Made by a program: the position numbers and the translations under genes. Below, in pieces: positions 1-15,125 of a stretch of DNA of 64,000 nt; the first letter of the stretch is position 1, and each line of letters starts with the position of its first letter. This stretch comes from Eledone cirrhosa (Eukaryota): contig OZ024749.1 of NCBI GenBank assembly GCA_964016885.1, positions 25,730,001-25,794,000 of the forward strand. The letters are read 5' to 3'. A model generated the notes under the pieces. The model was not told the DNA's origin. It ran no database searches and saw only the letters and a program-made list of their open reading frames with translations.

Positions 1-1257
1 GTGCAGGTCACTAGCAGGCTTGTAAGAGAGATATAAAGAGACTTGTAGGCTGACAGAAAGAGGGGTTTTAGTGCCGCTTAAATTCCCCCTATTCCCTCCT
101 GCACACTGCTCACTGAGTTCAAACTTTGCCACCTTATATAAATAGTTACAACTGACAGATTTTATCTCCAAATGAATGTAAATATAGAACTATTGTCTCC
201 ATGGTCCGATCTGACGAACCTTTCCTTTCAATCATGAATATAAAAAAAACTCACATCTTCCATCTACTAAACAGAACTGACAGATGTAGCTCCATTTCTC
301 CAATTACAGGATTTTTCTATCAAGGTGCATAACTACACTTAACCAATATAAACGAATGAAATATGAGATCCTACTTTGTAAGAGTTACAACATTCCACCA
401 CCATCATGAACGGTACATGACATTCAATATTTCTGTAAGAGAAACAACCATAAATATATTTCACTTAAAATACAAAAAGAAACTTTAGATGTGTAAACAC
501 AGGAATGTAAATTTTCTCTACGTCTATATCAGCTCAGAAACACGTAGTGAAATAAATATTCTAGAGCATTTCATTAGCATTATGCAAACAATTCACCCAT
601 TATTCTCACCAAAATTTATTTCTATGTCTTCGGTTGAAGATCTTAAACGGTAAACGACGATTTAAATTAACGTCATACACAATTACTAAGAGTATAAGCA
701 ATAAAACGAAAATATCAAAATGGCGGTAGACAAACCATATAAACGAGAATAAAAGAGAATATAAAAGGGAAAACATTAAGAAATTTAGATTGATATACAA
801 CACGTGGACGGACAGAAGAGAAAATGAATTATGTATATATATATATTTTTTGGACTAAATTAGAATTTTATATATGTACGCATGTATGAATATACATATA
901 TATATATATACATATATGTACATACATAATATATATATATATATTCATCTATATATATATACATAGTGTAAGTCTTCATCGAAATTTGATCAAGAAATAA
1001 ATTGTTTTCGAAGACACATAACAGATAATTCCTTGTAAATATGATTGACTCTGATGGTGGTGAAACAAATAGAAATTGATATCGTAAAGATGACATCGAA
1101 ATCGGCGTTTATTAGTTGTAGCAATCGATTAAATCTCTTGACCATCGATTATTTAATCAATCATTGGATTTCTTAGATGCTGATTTTTGTCCGTTTTTTA
1201 GATATTTCTTCCCTCTTTCTAAAGGATAAGAATATATATATATATAAATCTAAATAT

Positions 1258-1330
<73 letters not shown>

Positions 1331-1334
<4 letters not shown>

Positions 1335-1678
1335 GACGTAAAATAAAAAAATTTTAAAAATTAAAAATCAACTTACTTACTAAAATTTTCACTCCAACTA
1401 ATTAGTTTCTGTAAGGGGATAAATATAGTTACGTAATATAACTATAGAGAATTCCTTACGTCATCTGGGAGTCTATTCTCAGCTAAGTTCCCAGGCGATG
1501 CGCGGACACTAGGAACCCATATAAAAATAATAATTCAGTGGATGGATAAAGCTAGCGAGGACTAAATTCCAGAGCACTGAAAAAATTCGCTGCCTCTGGT
1601 CAATTTTCTTATTTTACGTCTTTTATATAATTTTTCTGCATCCCCCTGCATAGAACCACAAAGGTACTAAGATATAAC
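1331..1678 (-). mobile_element. Short PLE-terminus insert (family B) next to (TA)n, with an inverted-repeat arm and an HHR motif
   Basis: AAAGACGTAAAATAA at 1332 is inverted at ~1609-1623. Contains an HHR-like fold on the - strand. Abuts a long (TA)n on the left and short TA on the right. Confidence 0.5.
1391..1472 (-). ncRNA. Type I hammerhead-like motif with variant core CAGAUGA
   Basis: On -: stem I ACTCC/GGAGT, core CAGATGA, stem II GTAAGG...CCTTAC with a long loop, GAAA, palindromic stem III AACTAATTAGTT, GUU site. Confidence 0.55.
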
Positions 1679-1736
1679 ATATATATTTGCTAGCATGGGT
1701 GTACATCTGTACACATATGTTGGTAGATGTACTAAT

Positions 1737-1788
<52 letters not shown>

Positions 1789-1803
1789 ATATACATTCAA
1801 ATA

Positions 1804-2003
1804 TAACAAAGAAAGTGTGGTAAGGAACCAGGTGGACCATAACGCACCAGAGTACTCGATACTTAGAGTAGTAGAGTACGTAATTAGGTTATAAGAAAAA
1901 AGTCAGGACCCCGACGGCTGAGCTCCGGCCTTTTCGAGTTAGATCCGGATCTAGCTGTCGAAACGGCCGGAGCTTAGCCGTCGGTGTCCTGACACTTTTC
2001 CTA
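1804..2003 (-). mobile_element. Fold-back mini-copy of the family A PLE terminus
   Basis: Homologous to 25010-25142 (GGTCCACCTGGTTCCTTACCACA tail). Inverted duplication centred on AGATCCGGATCT (1946/1947). Confidence 0.8.
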
Positions 2004-2119
2004 CATACATATATATATGTGTGTGTGTGTGTGTGTGTTTATGTAGAAGAACAAGAATGAGGATGGGGAGGAGGAGGAGGAGGAGAAGAAGTGGAGGAAG
2101 AAGTAACGACAACAACGAC

Positions 2120-2120
<1 letters not shown>

Positions 2121-2193
<73 letters not shown>

Positions 2194-2205
2194 CAGTAGT
2201 AGTAG
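2121..2205. repeat. (TAG)n microsatellite
   Basis: Direct reading. Confidence 0.95.
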
Positions 2206-2555
2206 ATCAAAGTCACCGGCAGAAATAGGTTGTCCAATGCTTTAACCAACTTTAGGCTTATCATATTATGACTGCATAAGTCAACGACCAATACTCTCCT
2301 AGAAATATCTTATAAATCACCCATTATTACTACGTATACACTTAAATGAGAAAACAGTATTGAATAATGAATTCCTATAATCGCTGTGTAAAAATATATA
2401 CCTATTAGGCATGATGCTTGCAAAATCAATTAACAAATATATTGTTAATCAAGGTTGAATTGAACTAAAGAAATCCAATTTCATTCACACTTCATATATT
2501 CAATATTAATTCATATATTCCATATTAAATACGGTGGTAAACAACAAGTGAAGCT

Positions 2556-2586
2556 ATAGCTCAGTAGGTAGAGCGGAGGACTGTAG
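2556..2586 (+). pseudogene. tRNA-Tyr(GTA) 5' half fragment
   Basis: ATAGCTCAGTAGGTAGAGCGGAGGACTGTAG matches the eukaryotic tRNA-Tyr 5' exon (D arm and anticodon CTGTAG). The acceptor stem and 3' exon are absent. Confidence 0.7.
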
Positions 2587-2592
2587 TTTGTC

Positions 2593-2760
2593 ATAGATAG
2601 ATAGATAGATAGATAGAAGAAGAAGAAGAAGAAGAAGAAGAAGAAGAAGAAGAAGAAGAAGAAGAAGAAGAAGAAGAAGAAGAAGAAGAAGAAGAAGAAG
2701 AAGAAGAAGAAGAAGAAGAAGAAGAAGAAGAAGAAGAAGAAGAAGAAGAAGAAGAAGAAG
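2593..2760. repeat. Compound (ATAG)n-(GAA)n microsatellite
   Basis: Direct reading. Confidence 0.95.
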
Positions 2761-3872
2761 GGGAAAGTCTTGTACTCTCAATCACTTAAAGCCATGCTAA
2801 CCAGCACAAGCTCCTGTCTGTTGAGCCTCCGGGGTCAAAAGAAAAGTCAGACTTTTTAAACATATTGAAACACTAATGCACACATGCAGGACCTCTGAAC
2901 TTCTGATGGAAACTTCGAGAAGGCCTGTGGTGATTTGTCGTCGTCATGGGCATTTAAACCCCTGCTTTGCTTAAAGACAACTGAGCTTTTCCAGAGAGAG
3001 AGAGAGAAAGGGCGATAAAGGAAGAATAGACCCCAGTATTGAAATGGTTCTATATTTATTGCCCTCGAAAAGATAAACGGTCAAGTTTATCTCTGAGGTA
3101 TTTGATCTCAGAATGCAGATGGGCGGAGAGTAGATCGCGAATCATCCTATGTCACGTTCTCAGAACTTCGCCAATTCGCCACCATTAGAAAGCCAGCAAT
3201 ATGTAGAGTAAGATAATATTCATTGTAGCTATCATATCTTTTATTCACAGATGAATACTAATGCTGAATTATTTATATTTGTAATCTATCATTCCTTTAT
3301 TTACCACTAAATAATATACATGGATATTTCTTAAAACTGAATGACTTCATAAAACATACTTACGTGCGAAAACCTAACATTGAAAAATTTAACCAAATAA
3401 GCAAAGGAAAATATATATAGAAAGCGATAATGAAATTTGCTAAGAAAAAATGTTATTGTTATCTTGAACCCCTTTAATTTTCTAATACATTGAATGGCTT
3501 TTAAAATTATTTAAATTTATATTTTTAAAAATGTAATATGAGGGTTTGGGCTTCATCACGTCTCTCGCCCGTTGTAAGTCGTTCAGTTATGTTGTTGTTT
3601 TCCTGAAAGGGTTGCGGTGTGAGTTTGAAATATGTTATTTGAATGTTTATTTTGGAATTGTGCAGTAAATGACTGGTGGATGGAGATGATTACAGAAAAT
3701 TATGGAATGGCGTTTTCTTAAGTTTATGGAGAGTATTACATTGATTTGTGTTTCGGTGTAGATTTGTTTATATCCTAGATGGTCTTATACGGGGATCTGC
3801 TGAAACGTTTATAGACTGGCTATAAAGGAGCGATGCTAAAGCTTTTAATCTGACATACATTAATTTCAACTG

Positions 3873-4053
3873 TTGGCAGTATCGGTAGAGGGTCGGGCGC
3901 CATGCTTTCCAGCACAGTTACGTCCCTGTACGATCTGAGTTCAAATCCCGCCGAGGTTAACTTTGCCTTTCATCCTTACGGGGTCGATAAAATAAAGTAC
4001 CAGTAATGCACTGGGTAATTGCTGGCCTTGTGCCTAAAGTAGAAACAGTTATT
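3873..4053 (+). mobile_element. tRNA-head SINE with Nin/Deu-like central domain
   Basis: A box TGGCAGTATCGG, B box GTTCAAATCC, core GCCTTTCATCCTTACGGGGTCGATAAAATAAAGTACCAG. More than 12 copies in the window. Confidence 0.9.
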
Positions 4054-4380
4054 AATAACTGCATTGTTTCTTTCCAAGGACTATATTGAAAAACAATCTC
4101 ATTTGATTATTTCATGAGAGTATCTTGATCAGCCTATGCATTTTTCAGACACCGCTCTTGTATATATGGGTGTATGTATGGATGTGTGTGTATTAGTGTG
4201 GCAGGGGTGTGTGCGATTGTATGTATGTGTTTGTCTGGGAGTGAGTATATGTGTGTGTGTGTTTCTAAATATCCTCTAAAATTGTTAAGTCTTAAATGAT
4301 GGTGCATGTGTGTAACTTGACGTCTCTGGTATTTGAGACGATAACTTATAAATATGCACCCTATCTATTGAATTAACACT

Positions 4381-6600
<2,220 letters not shown>

Positions 6601-6838
6601 TTAAAATTGACTGGAGGTTTTCAATTCATTTCTATACTTCAGTTATTAAAATATATTTTCATTAATAGATTCATGATGTATAAAGAGAAAATATTTATCA
6701 CCTTACACAATACACAGGAAAATCAGTTTGCGCCTGTAAATATACATACGTATCAATATTTCCGACACATTCATACACACATAGATATACATACATACTT
6801 ACATGCATACTAGCATACTATACATACATATACACACA

Positions 6839-6842
<4 letters not shown>

Positions 6843-6934
<92 letters not shown>

Positions 6935-6935
6935 T

Positions 6936-7005
<70 letters not shown>
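6843..7005. repeat. (CA)n-(TA)n compound microsatellite
   Basis: Direct reading. Confidence 0.95.
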
Positions 7006-7007
<2 letters not shown>

Positions 7008-7099
7008 ATGTATATATAATGTATTTTGCAATACACTTTATGCTTAATTAAAAGCATTTTGAAGACCGTATGTTATTGTTTTAGAGTAGTGACAAATTC

Positions 7100-8008
7100 A
7101 CTTACTTTAATCTCAGCAAACAGGGGAGATAAGCCGACAAGGGCCTTGTTTCGCTTTTGTTGAAGCTTATCAAGGCTAACTACCCCTCCTGTCTACTGAG
7201 ATTACTGATGTTATATTCTTATAGAATTCTAGTAAATAATCAGGAGCTGATTATACAGAGCGATTGTTGGTCAGGCAGAAATTAAAAATTAGAATTGAAC
7301 ACATCACGACAAACCCAATTCTCAGCCCATGCATAACAACATACAAAACCGTATTGCGGAACCGGCACATAGGAAAGCATCAAAATGTAATTTTCTAATG
7401 GCCATTTATCATTTGCCTGATAAATTCCCATTACGAAATAGAAGCCAGGAGTCAAATATAGTGTACCTATGTACTATAAATTCAGGCAACTTAGCATGGC
7501 ACTACATAGGTTCGACGGCAGGGGAGTTCAAGAAAAGGTGGTATGTCTACAGACACTATAAATAACAGGAAGTTTATGAATACAACGACGCTCGCCAATA
7601 AAATCTGGCAGCTCAAAGATACAAACCAGGAATACAGAATCAGGTGAATGAAGTTGTCATGGGCTATGGCCTATAGATTTGTCATGTCCCACTGTTGACA
7701 TTGTAATACGGAATTATACCATTTTTTTAAAATACAAGAAAATGCTACTTAACAGCAAAATTGAACGAACAATTTTCTGTAGTTATAAAACGGCGACAAA
7801 ATTAGATAAATTTAGACCAACTTTATTCATCCCATCTATTCCATAACTCAAATTGAAACCATCAGGAAGCAATCAGGCTTCCTGATGATTTCCCCCGAAT
7901 GAAACAGTTATAGTCCTGTAGAAGCCATTTCTATATTAAACATTTATACTATATTATGTATTGTATACCTTACTTACTGTAGTTACCCCGATTGAACCCA
8001 GGATCAAC
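7100..8008 (+). mobile_element. Decayed 5'-truncated PLE (family C): GIY-YIG remnant plus HHR-bearing terminus
   Basis: ORF 7329-7565 contains NIVYLCTINSG..WHYIGSTAGEFKKRWY, and downstream TTLANKIWQLKD; both parallel the intact PLE endonuclease (NVIYQC..YIGLT..FKTR, TTLSGHLWDLKD). Ends in an HHR and tail joined to TA. The left boundary is approximate. Confidence 0.8.
7876..7926 (+). ncRNA. Type I hammerhead ribozyme motif (family C)
   Basis: Stem I GGCTTC/GAAGCC, core CTGATGA, short stem II TTC/GAA, GAAA, stem III CAG/CTG, GUA site at 7920. Confidence 0.8.
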
Positions 8009-8019
8009 ATATATATATA

Positions 8020-8195
8020 TTTATTAAAATAAAAGATTAAAGTTTAAGCAAAGAATCGCTGCTTTCACGCGTAACGGGATCTACTGAAACTGTTATTCTG
8101 TTATTTTAATAAATATTTGCTCTACGATTGCTATATATCTGATATACATTTGTCCTTATCGAGCCCTCTTTGGATTTTAGTCTTCAAATTTATTA
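8020..8195. mobile_element. Fold-back PLE-terminus insert (family E) between TA tracts
   Basis: TTATTAAAATAAAAGA is inverted as TCTGTTATTTTAATAA. Homologous to 15019-15092, 18050-18145, 34262-34420 and 34600-34850. Confidence 0.7.
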
Positions 8196-8199
8196 TTAT

Positions 8200-8234
<35 letters not shown>

Positions 8235-8237
<3 letters not shown>

Positions 8238-8434
8238 CGAAGGAAGTGTGGTAAGGAACCAGATGGACCATAACTCACCAAAGTACTCAATACTTAAGGT
8301 AGTAGAGTGGGTAATAGGAACGAGTAGGACCCCGACCGCTGAGCTCAAGCCGTTTCGACGGCTAATTCTGGACTAGTCCAGAATTAGCCGTCGAAACGGC
8401 TTGAGCTCAGCCGTCGGCGTCCTACTCGTTCCTA
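8235..8434 (-). mobile_element. Fold-back mini-copy of the family A PLE terminus
   Basis: 60-bp arms (8315-8374 / 8375-8434) centred on GGACTAGTCC, plus an ~80-nt tail on one arm. (TA)n on both sides. Confidence 0.9.
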
Positions 8435-8458
8435 TATATATATATATATATATATGTG

Positions 8459-8491
<33 letters not shown>

Positions 8492-9182
8492 ATAAATATT
8501 TTAATTCCACCTATATCTCGTATTTTCCATTTGCTTCATATATTCATACCAGGGTGGTTTACCAGTCCTCGTAATATTAAACACCAATTTTTCTCTGTTT
8601 ATCTCTCTCTCTATATATATGGTGGCTGCCAACTCGTTTTCGAGTACGGCCACTACTTTATATCCATGTAGGAGAACCCCTACTGATGCGGTGAACGAGT
8701 GTGACTTTTTAGTCCAGCCAGCGACTTGAAAACTCTGGTACAAACACTACACTTGTGACAATTATTGACACATAGTGCTGGGCCCATGGTACCATGTGAC
8801 GACAAGTGCAGAGAGATCTCCAGATATAAAGCAATGCCTGTGCCGTGAAGCTTTTATAGTGAGCAAAGGCACTGCACAAAGCCAGTCCCACTCTCTTAAC
8901 CAAGATGATATTTACCAAAAAGAAGAACAAGTCAACATCATTGGATACCATCAGGAGAGATGACCCTTAGCCTTTGTCAAGGCAGAATTCTAGGAGAAGG
9001 AAAACTCTGGTATATATATATATATATATACGTACATATGTATCGTATGTATCGTATGTATCCGTGTGTTCATATATATATATAGATATGTGTGTGTGTG
9101 TGCTACTTGAAGTATGCTTTCGTTGGTAATCAGAGTGAGAGAGTGGATGAAGAAGGAGTGAATACATATATATGTGTGTATA

Positions 9183-9220
<38 letters not shown>

Positions 9221-9258
9221 AGCGTGTATATATGTGTGTATATATATGTATATATATA

Positions 9259-9329
<71 letters not shown>

Positions 9330-10162
9330 ATATATGTGTGTGTTTTATTGTATGTGTATGCCTAGATGTCTATGCACATTGAAGTACAAATATCGAGACA
9401 AAAACTTACCACCCATAATCTGGTTATTTTGTAATTTAGGAAACCTTATTTTGCGAGGGCCTCAAGTCTTTGAAAATTACTTACATAAGAACATAACGCT
9501 TTGAACTATAATCTGAATGTTCTTCTAAACACCTTCGTCTCATCAATACTTTATCTCTGGTATAAATCATTAAATCAGATTGTAAACGTTAGTTACATTG
9601 CACCCTTCATTAAGTCGATTATTGGCTGTTTTCATACGGATGTATGTTGCCATTTGATAAACATAGGAATTTAATAATGAATGTAGACATAAGACTTAAT
9701 TAACACAGAACTCGATTCATGTCAGCATTGGCATAAATGTCAATGTTTTCAGCCAGATTTCTTCCCTAACAATTCAGACATTCAGACATTCAGCTGTCAT
9801 CAGTCACCTTTAGCCTTTCATCACATCTTGTCAGACATTCTTCCTGCCCACTCTAACTTTGCACTTATTCTCTAAAAGAAATTATAGTAATCGAAGCCAT
9901 ACAGTGATCGATCAGCAAGAACGGATGTGTCTCACTTTCTCCTAATCGATCGATCTTAATGCGGTAATTTTGTAGAATATTTGAAGCAGTGGTCAAACGT
10001 TCTTTTGTTATTGTATCCGATCTTTAATTTCTCTGTTCAAATTCTGCCATGGTCAAATTTGTCTTATATCCGTCGTGTCAAACAATAGAATAATACAAAT
10101 CCACCACATTGGTCAATATGATATAGGGACCCCCATTGCATTGACATTACGAATATCTAGAG

Positions 10163-10453
10163 TAGTCATGGGCAACCTGCGGCCCACAAAGCTTTCTGAA
10201 TGCCTCACCTAAGTCACCTAAGTGAAATCTTTCTGAATTGTTTACCCCAACTTTTCAGTCGCAATTTATCTTTCTATCATCTTTACGATCGAGGAAGAAA
10301 CAACGTGTACGAATTCTGAAGAAACAAATCAAAACAACCTGAGTTACGGCCGTTTTTTAATGTGGGCACAAATGTAAATTAGCGCTTGCGGCCCACCTGA
10401 TGATGAGCCATAGCTCATGTGGCTAGCTTCTCGAAAACGGTTGCCCATGCCTA
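10163..10453. mobile_element. hAT (Charlie-like) MITE
   Basis: TIRs TAGTCATGGGCAACC / GGTTGCCCATGCCTA, perfect 8-bp TSD ATCTAGAG, subterminal GCGGCCC motifs. Confidence 0.9.
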
Positions 10454-10555
10454 ATCTAGAGATTAGCGTAGAGAGATTGCAGTCTGTTGTTCGCCCAGCT
10501 TGCTATGTTCCATTGGTAAATTACTGAGAGACATCAGTATTATTATTACACAAAT

Positions 10556-10747
10556 GGCGGTGGATTGGTAGAATCGGTAGAGAGTCGGACACCATGCTTG
10601 GAAGCATAGAGTTACGTCCCCTTATGATCTGAGTTCAAATCCCGCCACGGTTAACTTTGCTTTTCATCCTTACGGGGTCGATAAAATAAAGTACCAGTAA
10701 TGCACTGGGTAATTGCTGGCCTTGTGCCAAAAGTAGAAACAATTATT
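10556..10747 (+). mobile_element. tRNA-head SINE with TSD
   Basis: Full-length copy. TSD ATTATTACACAAAT. Confidence 0.9.
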
Positions 10748-12444
10748 ACACAAATGTAACAACAACAGCAGCAGCAGCAACAGCCGGAGCAAAACCGCAA
10801 ACAACATGAATAACAATAACAAGAAACAGAAACAGCTGAAACATCGAGAACAGCCGCCTACTCGTCATACATAGCATCAAGAACAGCAATGACTTTGGCT
10901 AGAGTAGCATACTGGATATAAACGACAGCAACAACAGTGGCAGCAATATAAACAACCAGAAAAAAAAATGACATGAACATCGGTAGAATATTCGAGACAA
11001 AGACGACAGCAAAAACAACAACAGCAATAATGACATCAACAACATACTCGACAAGCAGTACAACAAAACAACAACAAGAATGACATCAACAAAAACAACA
11101 AATATATCAACGACAGCATATAAATACATGTGCTACTCTCAATAAGAAGACATAGGAATTCCCGTGAGTTCAGTCTGGTTTTAATACACACACACACGCA
11201 CAAATTCACAAACATACACACACATATTCACACAACTACACATACACACACACATACACACACACAGACAGAGACACACACAAGTTTTCTTGGCAACTGA
11301 CTATCAATAAGACACGCTTGATTTGTAAAAAATGTGCATGGAATCTACGTCGATTGGTAAATTCTTACATAATCTACTGTCAAAAAATGCTTTATGAGAA
11401 GAATTTGGCAGACAGAAATTCTGAGGAAACAAGTGCGTTCCAGGAATATATAGTCCATTACTCTGTTTAATCCCACCACTAAGACTTTGGATACCTTTAA
11501 TAGTGTCCTCTCTTCTAGCGCATATCCCTTATTATCCTCCTGGTAAATGCCTTCTCCATTCTGTCCGCTGAGGCTGTTGGGCGGCCAGCACGTGGGACCC
11601 CATTTGCTCACTATAGAGAGAGATCGGGCGTGCGAGAAAGATGGGAGCGATAACGTTGGGTGTTCAGCTCATCCGTGTTCAGACACATTGCACCTGTCAA
11701 GTGTGTATATAACTTAAGAACAAACTTCCTATATTTGATAATTGACATCCGATTGTTGATGGCTATAGAGATAATTGTGATGCTGATGTAGTCCTAGATA
11801 TACTGTGGCTGACACTCTGCTCAGAGCTACCATAGAGTTAACCACCACCACCGCCCAGCCACCATCGCCGCCCAACCATCACACCTTACTTAGTAAAGAT
11901 ACGCCACCATCATTCCTGTTCCATGTATAATACATATAGACTATATATTCTTATTTACTTCGATATCATAAGTCATGACTGACTATGATATACGACGTGT
12001 GTATTTGTATATGTGCCTATGTGTGTTTGTGACAGTATCTGCCGGTGTGCGTAGGTGTTTGTGTCTGTATATGTGTGTGTGAGCGTGTCTGTTTGTATGT
12101 GTCTGTATCTGTGTGTCTGCGTGTGTGTATGTGTCTATATATCTGTGTGTGCGTGTGTCTGTGTGTGTAAGCCCAGTAATCTCAAAGGCATTTAACAGTG
12201 CCCTCTCCATACAACTGTTATAGATCAAGGGAAAGGCTAAAAACCTAATTTTGCTCCAGAGCTGTCGCAATGCTTTTTATTGAGCTGAATTGTCTTGCAC
12301 CAACGCAAAATAAAATGCCTTGCGGAAAGACACAACGTGTCTCCCGATCCAGGCTTCGAATTTAGAGTCATATGATTGTGTGTGTGACCAAAGCACAAAA
12401 TACTAAGTGTGGGAAATGGTAACCTTCACGTGGTCCACCATTGT

Positions 12445-12922
12445 TTACGTGGCGTCAAGTGACTGAGAGTACAAGAATCCCCCCTGAAAAGGACGCCAGT
12501 CCATCGCAGCGTTAAAGGCCCAGTTGTTGCTGGTACTCATTTTCAGTATATTATACCGGAGCAACGTGGAATGAAGTAGTGTATGTGATCAAGAACACAA
12601 CACGCTACCCAACCCACGAATCGAACCTATGGCATTATAATCGTAAGTCCAACATCGTTACTATTAGGCCACGGGTCACAACTAGTAGCAATCAGCTATT
12701 CATGAATTGTTGAAATTAAATGAGTGATTGAGAGTAAAAGACTCCCGCCTGTCCATGGCAGGGTTAAATACCAGCTGTTGCTGGAACCCATTATCAGTCT
12801 CTTATACTAGAACAACGTGAAATGTATTGGTATGCTCAACAACACAGCACGCAACCCAACAAAGGAATCGAACCTAAGGAATTATGATAGTAAATCCAAC
12901 ACTCTTACCATAGGCCACGCGC
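12445..12922 (-). mobile_element. Two tandem copies of a second, older tRNA-derived SINE family
   Basis: On -: GTGGCCTAATAGTAA/GTGGCCTATGGTAAG (A box) and GGTTCGATTC (B box). Copies at ~12445-12675 and ~12725-12922. A related 3' piece lies at ~2765-2850 (+). Confidence 0.65.
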
Positions 12923-13229
12923 CACCACTAGTAACGAACTGGTACTCACGAATTGTTAAAATTAAATATATATATATATTAGAATTCAAATCTTCTGCTG
13001 TAGTCCTTTATAGTTCTATGAATAAAGGTATATTTTTCTTTAGACATCTGATGTATGACGGATGAATTCCCTTTCCTCAAAGATTCTCCTCTGAGTAAAG
13101 ACTGAGAATAAAATATAATTTGTTTTTATCAGAGCTAGGTTTATAATATTATCAGAAGTGAATACAGCGGTCAGACTTAAAAGAAACTATACTATTGTGT
13201 TCAGTTGATGCAGAACCTGCGTATCTTGT

Positions 13230-13796
<567 letters not shown>

Positions 13797-13801
13797 ATAT
13801 G

Positions 13802-13865
<64 letters not shown>

Positions 13866-14458
13866 ATGTCTGTGTATGTATGTATATCCATATACATACA
13901 TAAATGTTTACAAATATATTATTATATATTCAAATATAGGTGTACATAAATACATGCATAACTACATATGTATAAATTATATGAGATAGTGTGTGTGGAA
14001 ATGTGTTTATTAATGTGTGTTTGTGTTTGTGTGGGTTTCTGTATGATTAAATCAGTATATTTCCGTGTTTATGTCTGTTTGGGATTTGATAACTAAATCG
14101 AGTTAATAACAACAATAGATAGTGATGTACTTGGCTACACTACAACAATTTTTCTTCCTCAGATGTATGGGGGTAATCTGGAGAGCGGAGGTTTCAGTAG
14201 AGAACAACGGAAACAATTGAACCGCGTTCCTGAAATTGAATCTAAAAATAACAGAAACCATTAACTAAACGCACAATAAACGTCATCACTTGATAAAATG
14301 TAGCTTAGAGTTGAATCAAAAAGAATGGCGTGTCTCTCTGAGATATAGATTGTTGAAAGAAGGTCAATTAAGCACACACACAAATATATACATACAGAGA
14401 CAAAATAATATACATATGTATACATACACAAAAGGCACATACAAACACACGCAAAGCC

Positions 14459-14492
<34 letters not shown>

Positions 14493-14671
14493 ATATGTAG
14501 GTATGTATGTATATATATGCATGTATATGCATGTGTGTATGTAAATATATATATATATATTTATATGTGTGTGTATGCATGTGTGTATGTGAGTAAATGT
14601 GTAGTTATAGTTACTATTTGTGTTATGTTTGTATGAATCTATAAATAAGCTGTTATGCAGTATAAATGAAA

Positions 14672-14734
<63 letters not shown>

Positions 14735-14737
<3 letters not shown>

Positions 14738-15004
14738 TGAAAAGAGAAGATGTATTCTTTCGATGAAAATCACAGGAAAACAGAGTCAAGATAAATTAAT
14801 AAAAACAATGAATAAAAACAAAGAAACAGTTCCTTATATTAAAAAATTCATCATTTTACGATCGTTTCTAGGATATATATGTGTGTGTTGGTATGTATAT
14901 ATATACTAGAAACGATCGTAACATGATGAATTTTTTAATACAAGGAACTGTTTCTTTGTTTTTATTCATTGTTTTTATTAATTTATCTTGACTCTGTTTT
15001 CCTT
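14735..15004. mobile_element. Fold-back PLE-terminus insert (family D)
   Basis: ~95-bp inverted arms containing GAAACGATCGTA. Homologous to 16275-16750 and 59084-59290. TA flanks. Confidence 0.8.
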
Positions 15005-15039
15005 TATGTATATATATATTTATTAAAATAACAGATTAA

Positions 15040-15090
15040 AGTTTAAGCAAAGAATCGCTGCTTTCACCCTTAACGGGATCTTCTGAAACT
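15040..15090 (-). ncRNA. Hammerhead-like motif, family E, variant core CAGAAGA
   Basis: On -: AGTTT CAGAAGA TCCC GTTAA GGGT GAAA GCA GCGATTCTT TGC TT AAACT. Confidence 0.65.
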
Positions 15091-15093
15091 AAA

Positions 15094-15124
<31 letters not shown>

Positions 15125-15125
<1 letters not shown>

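Noticed and set aside
3540-3850. Possible decayed PLE RT on the - strand (IASL..NV, NHLHP)
   Set aside because: The motifs need frameshifts and are too short to support by eye.
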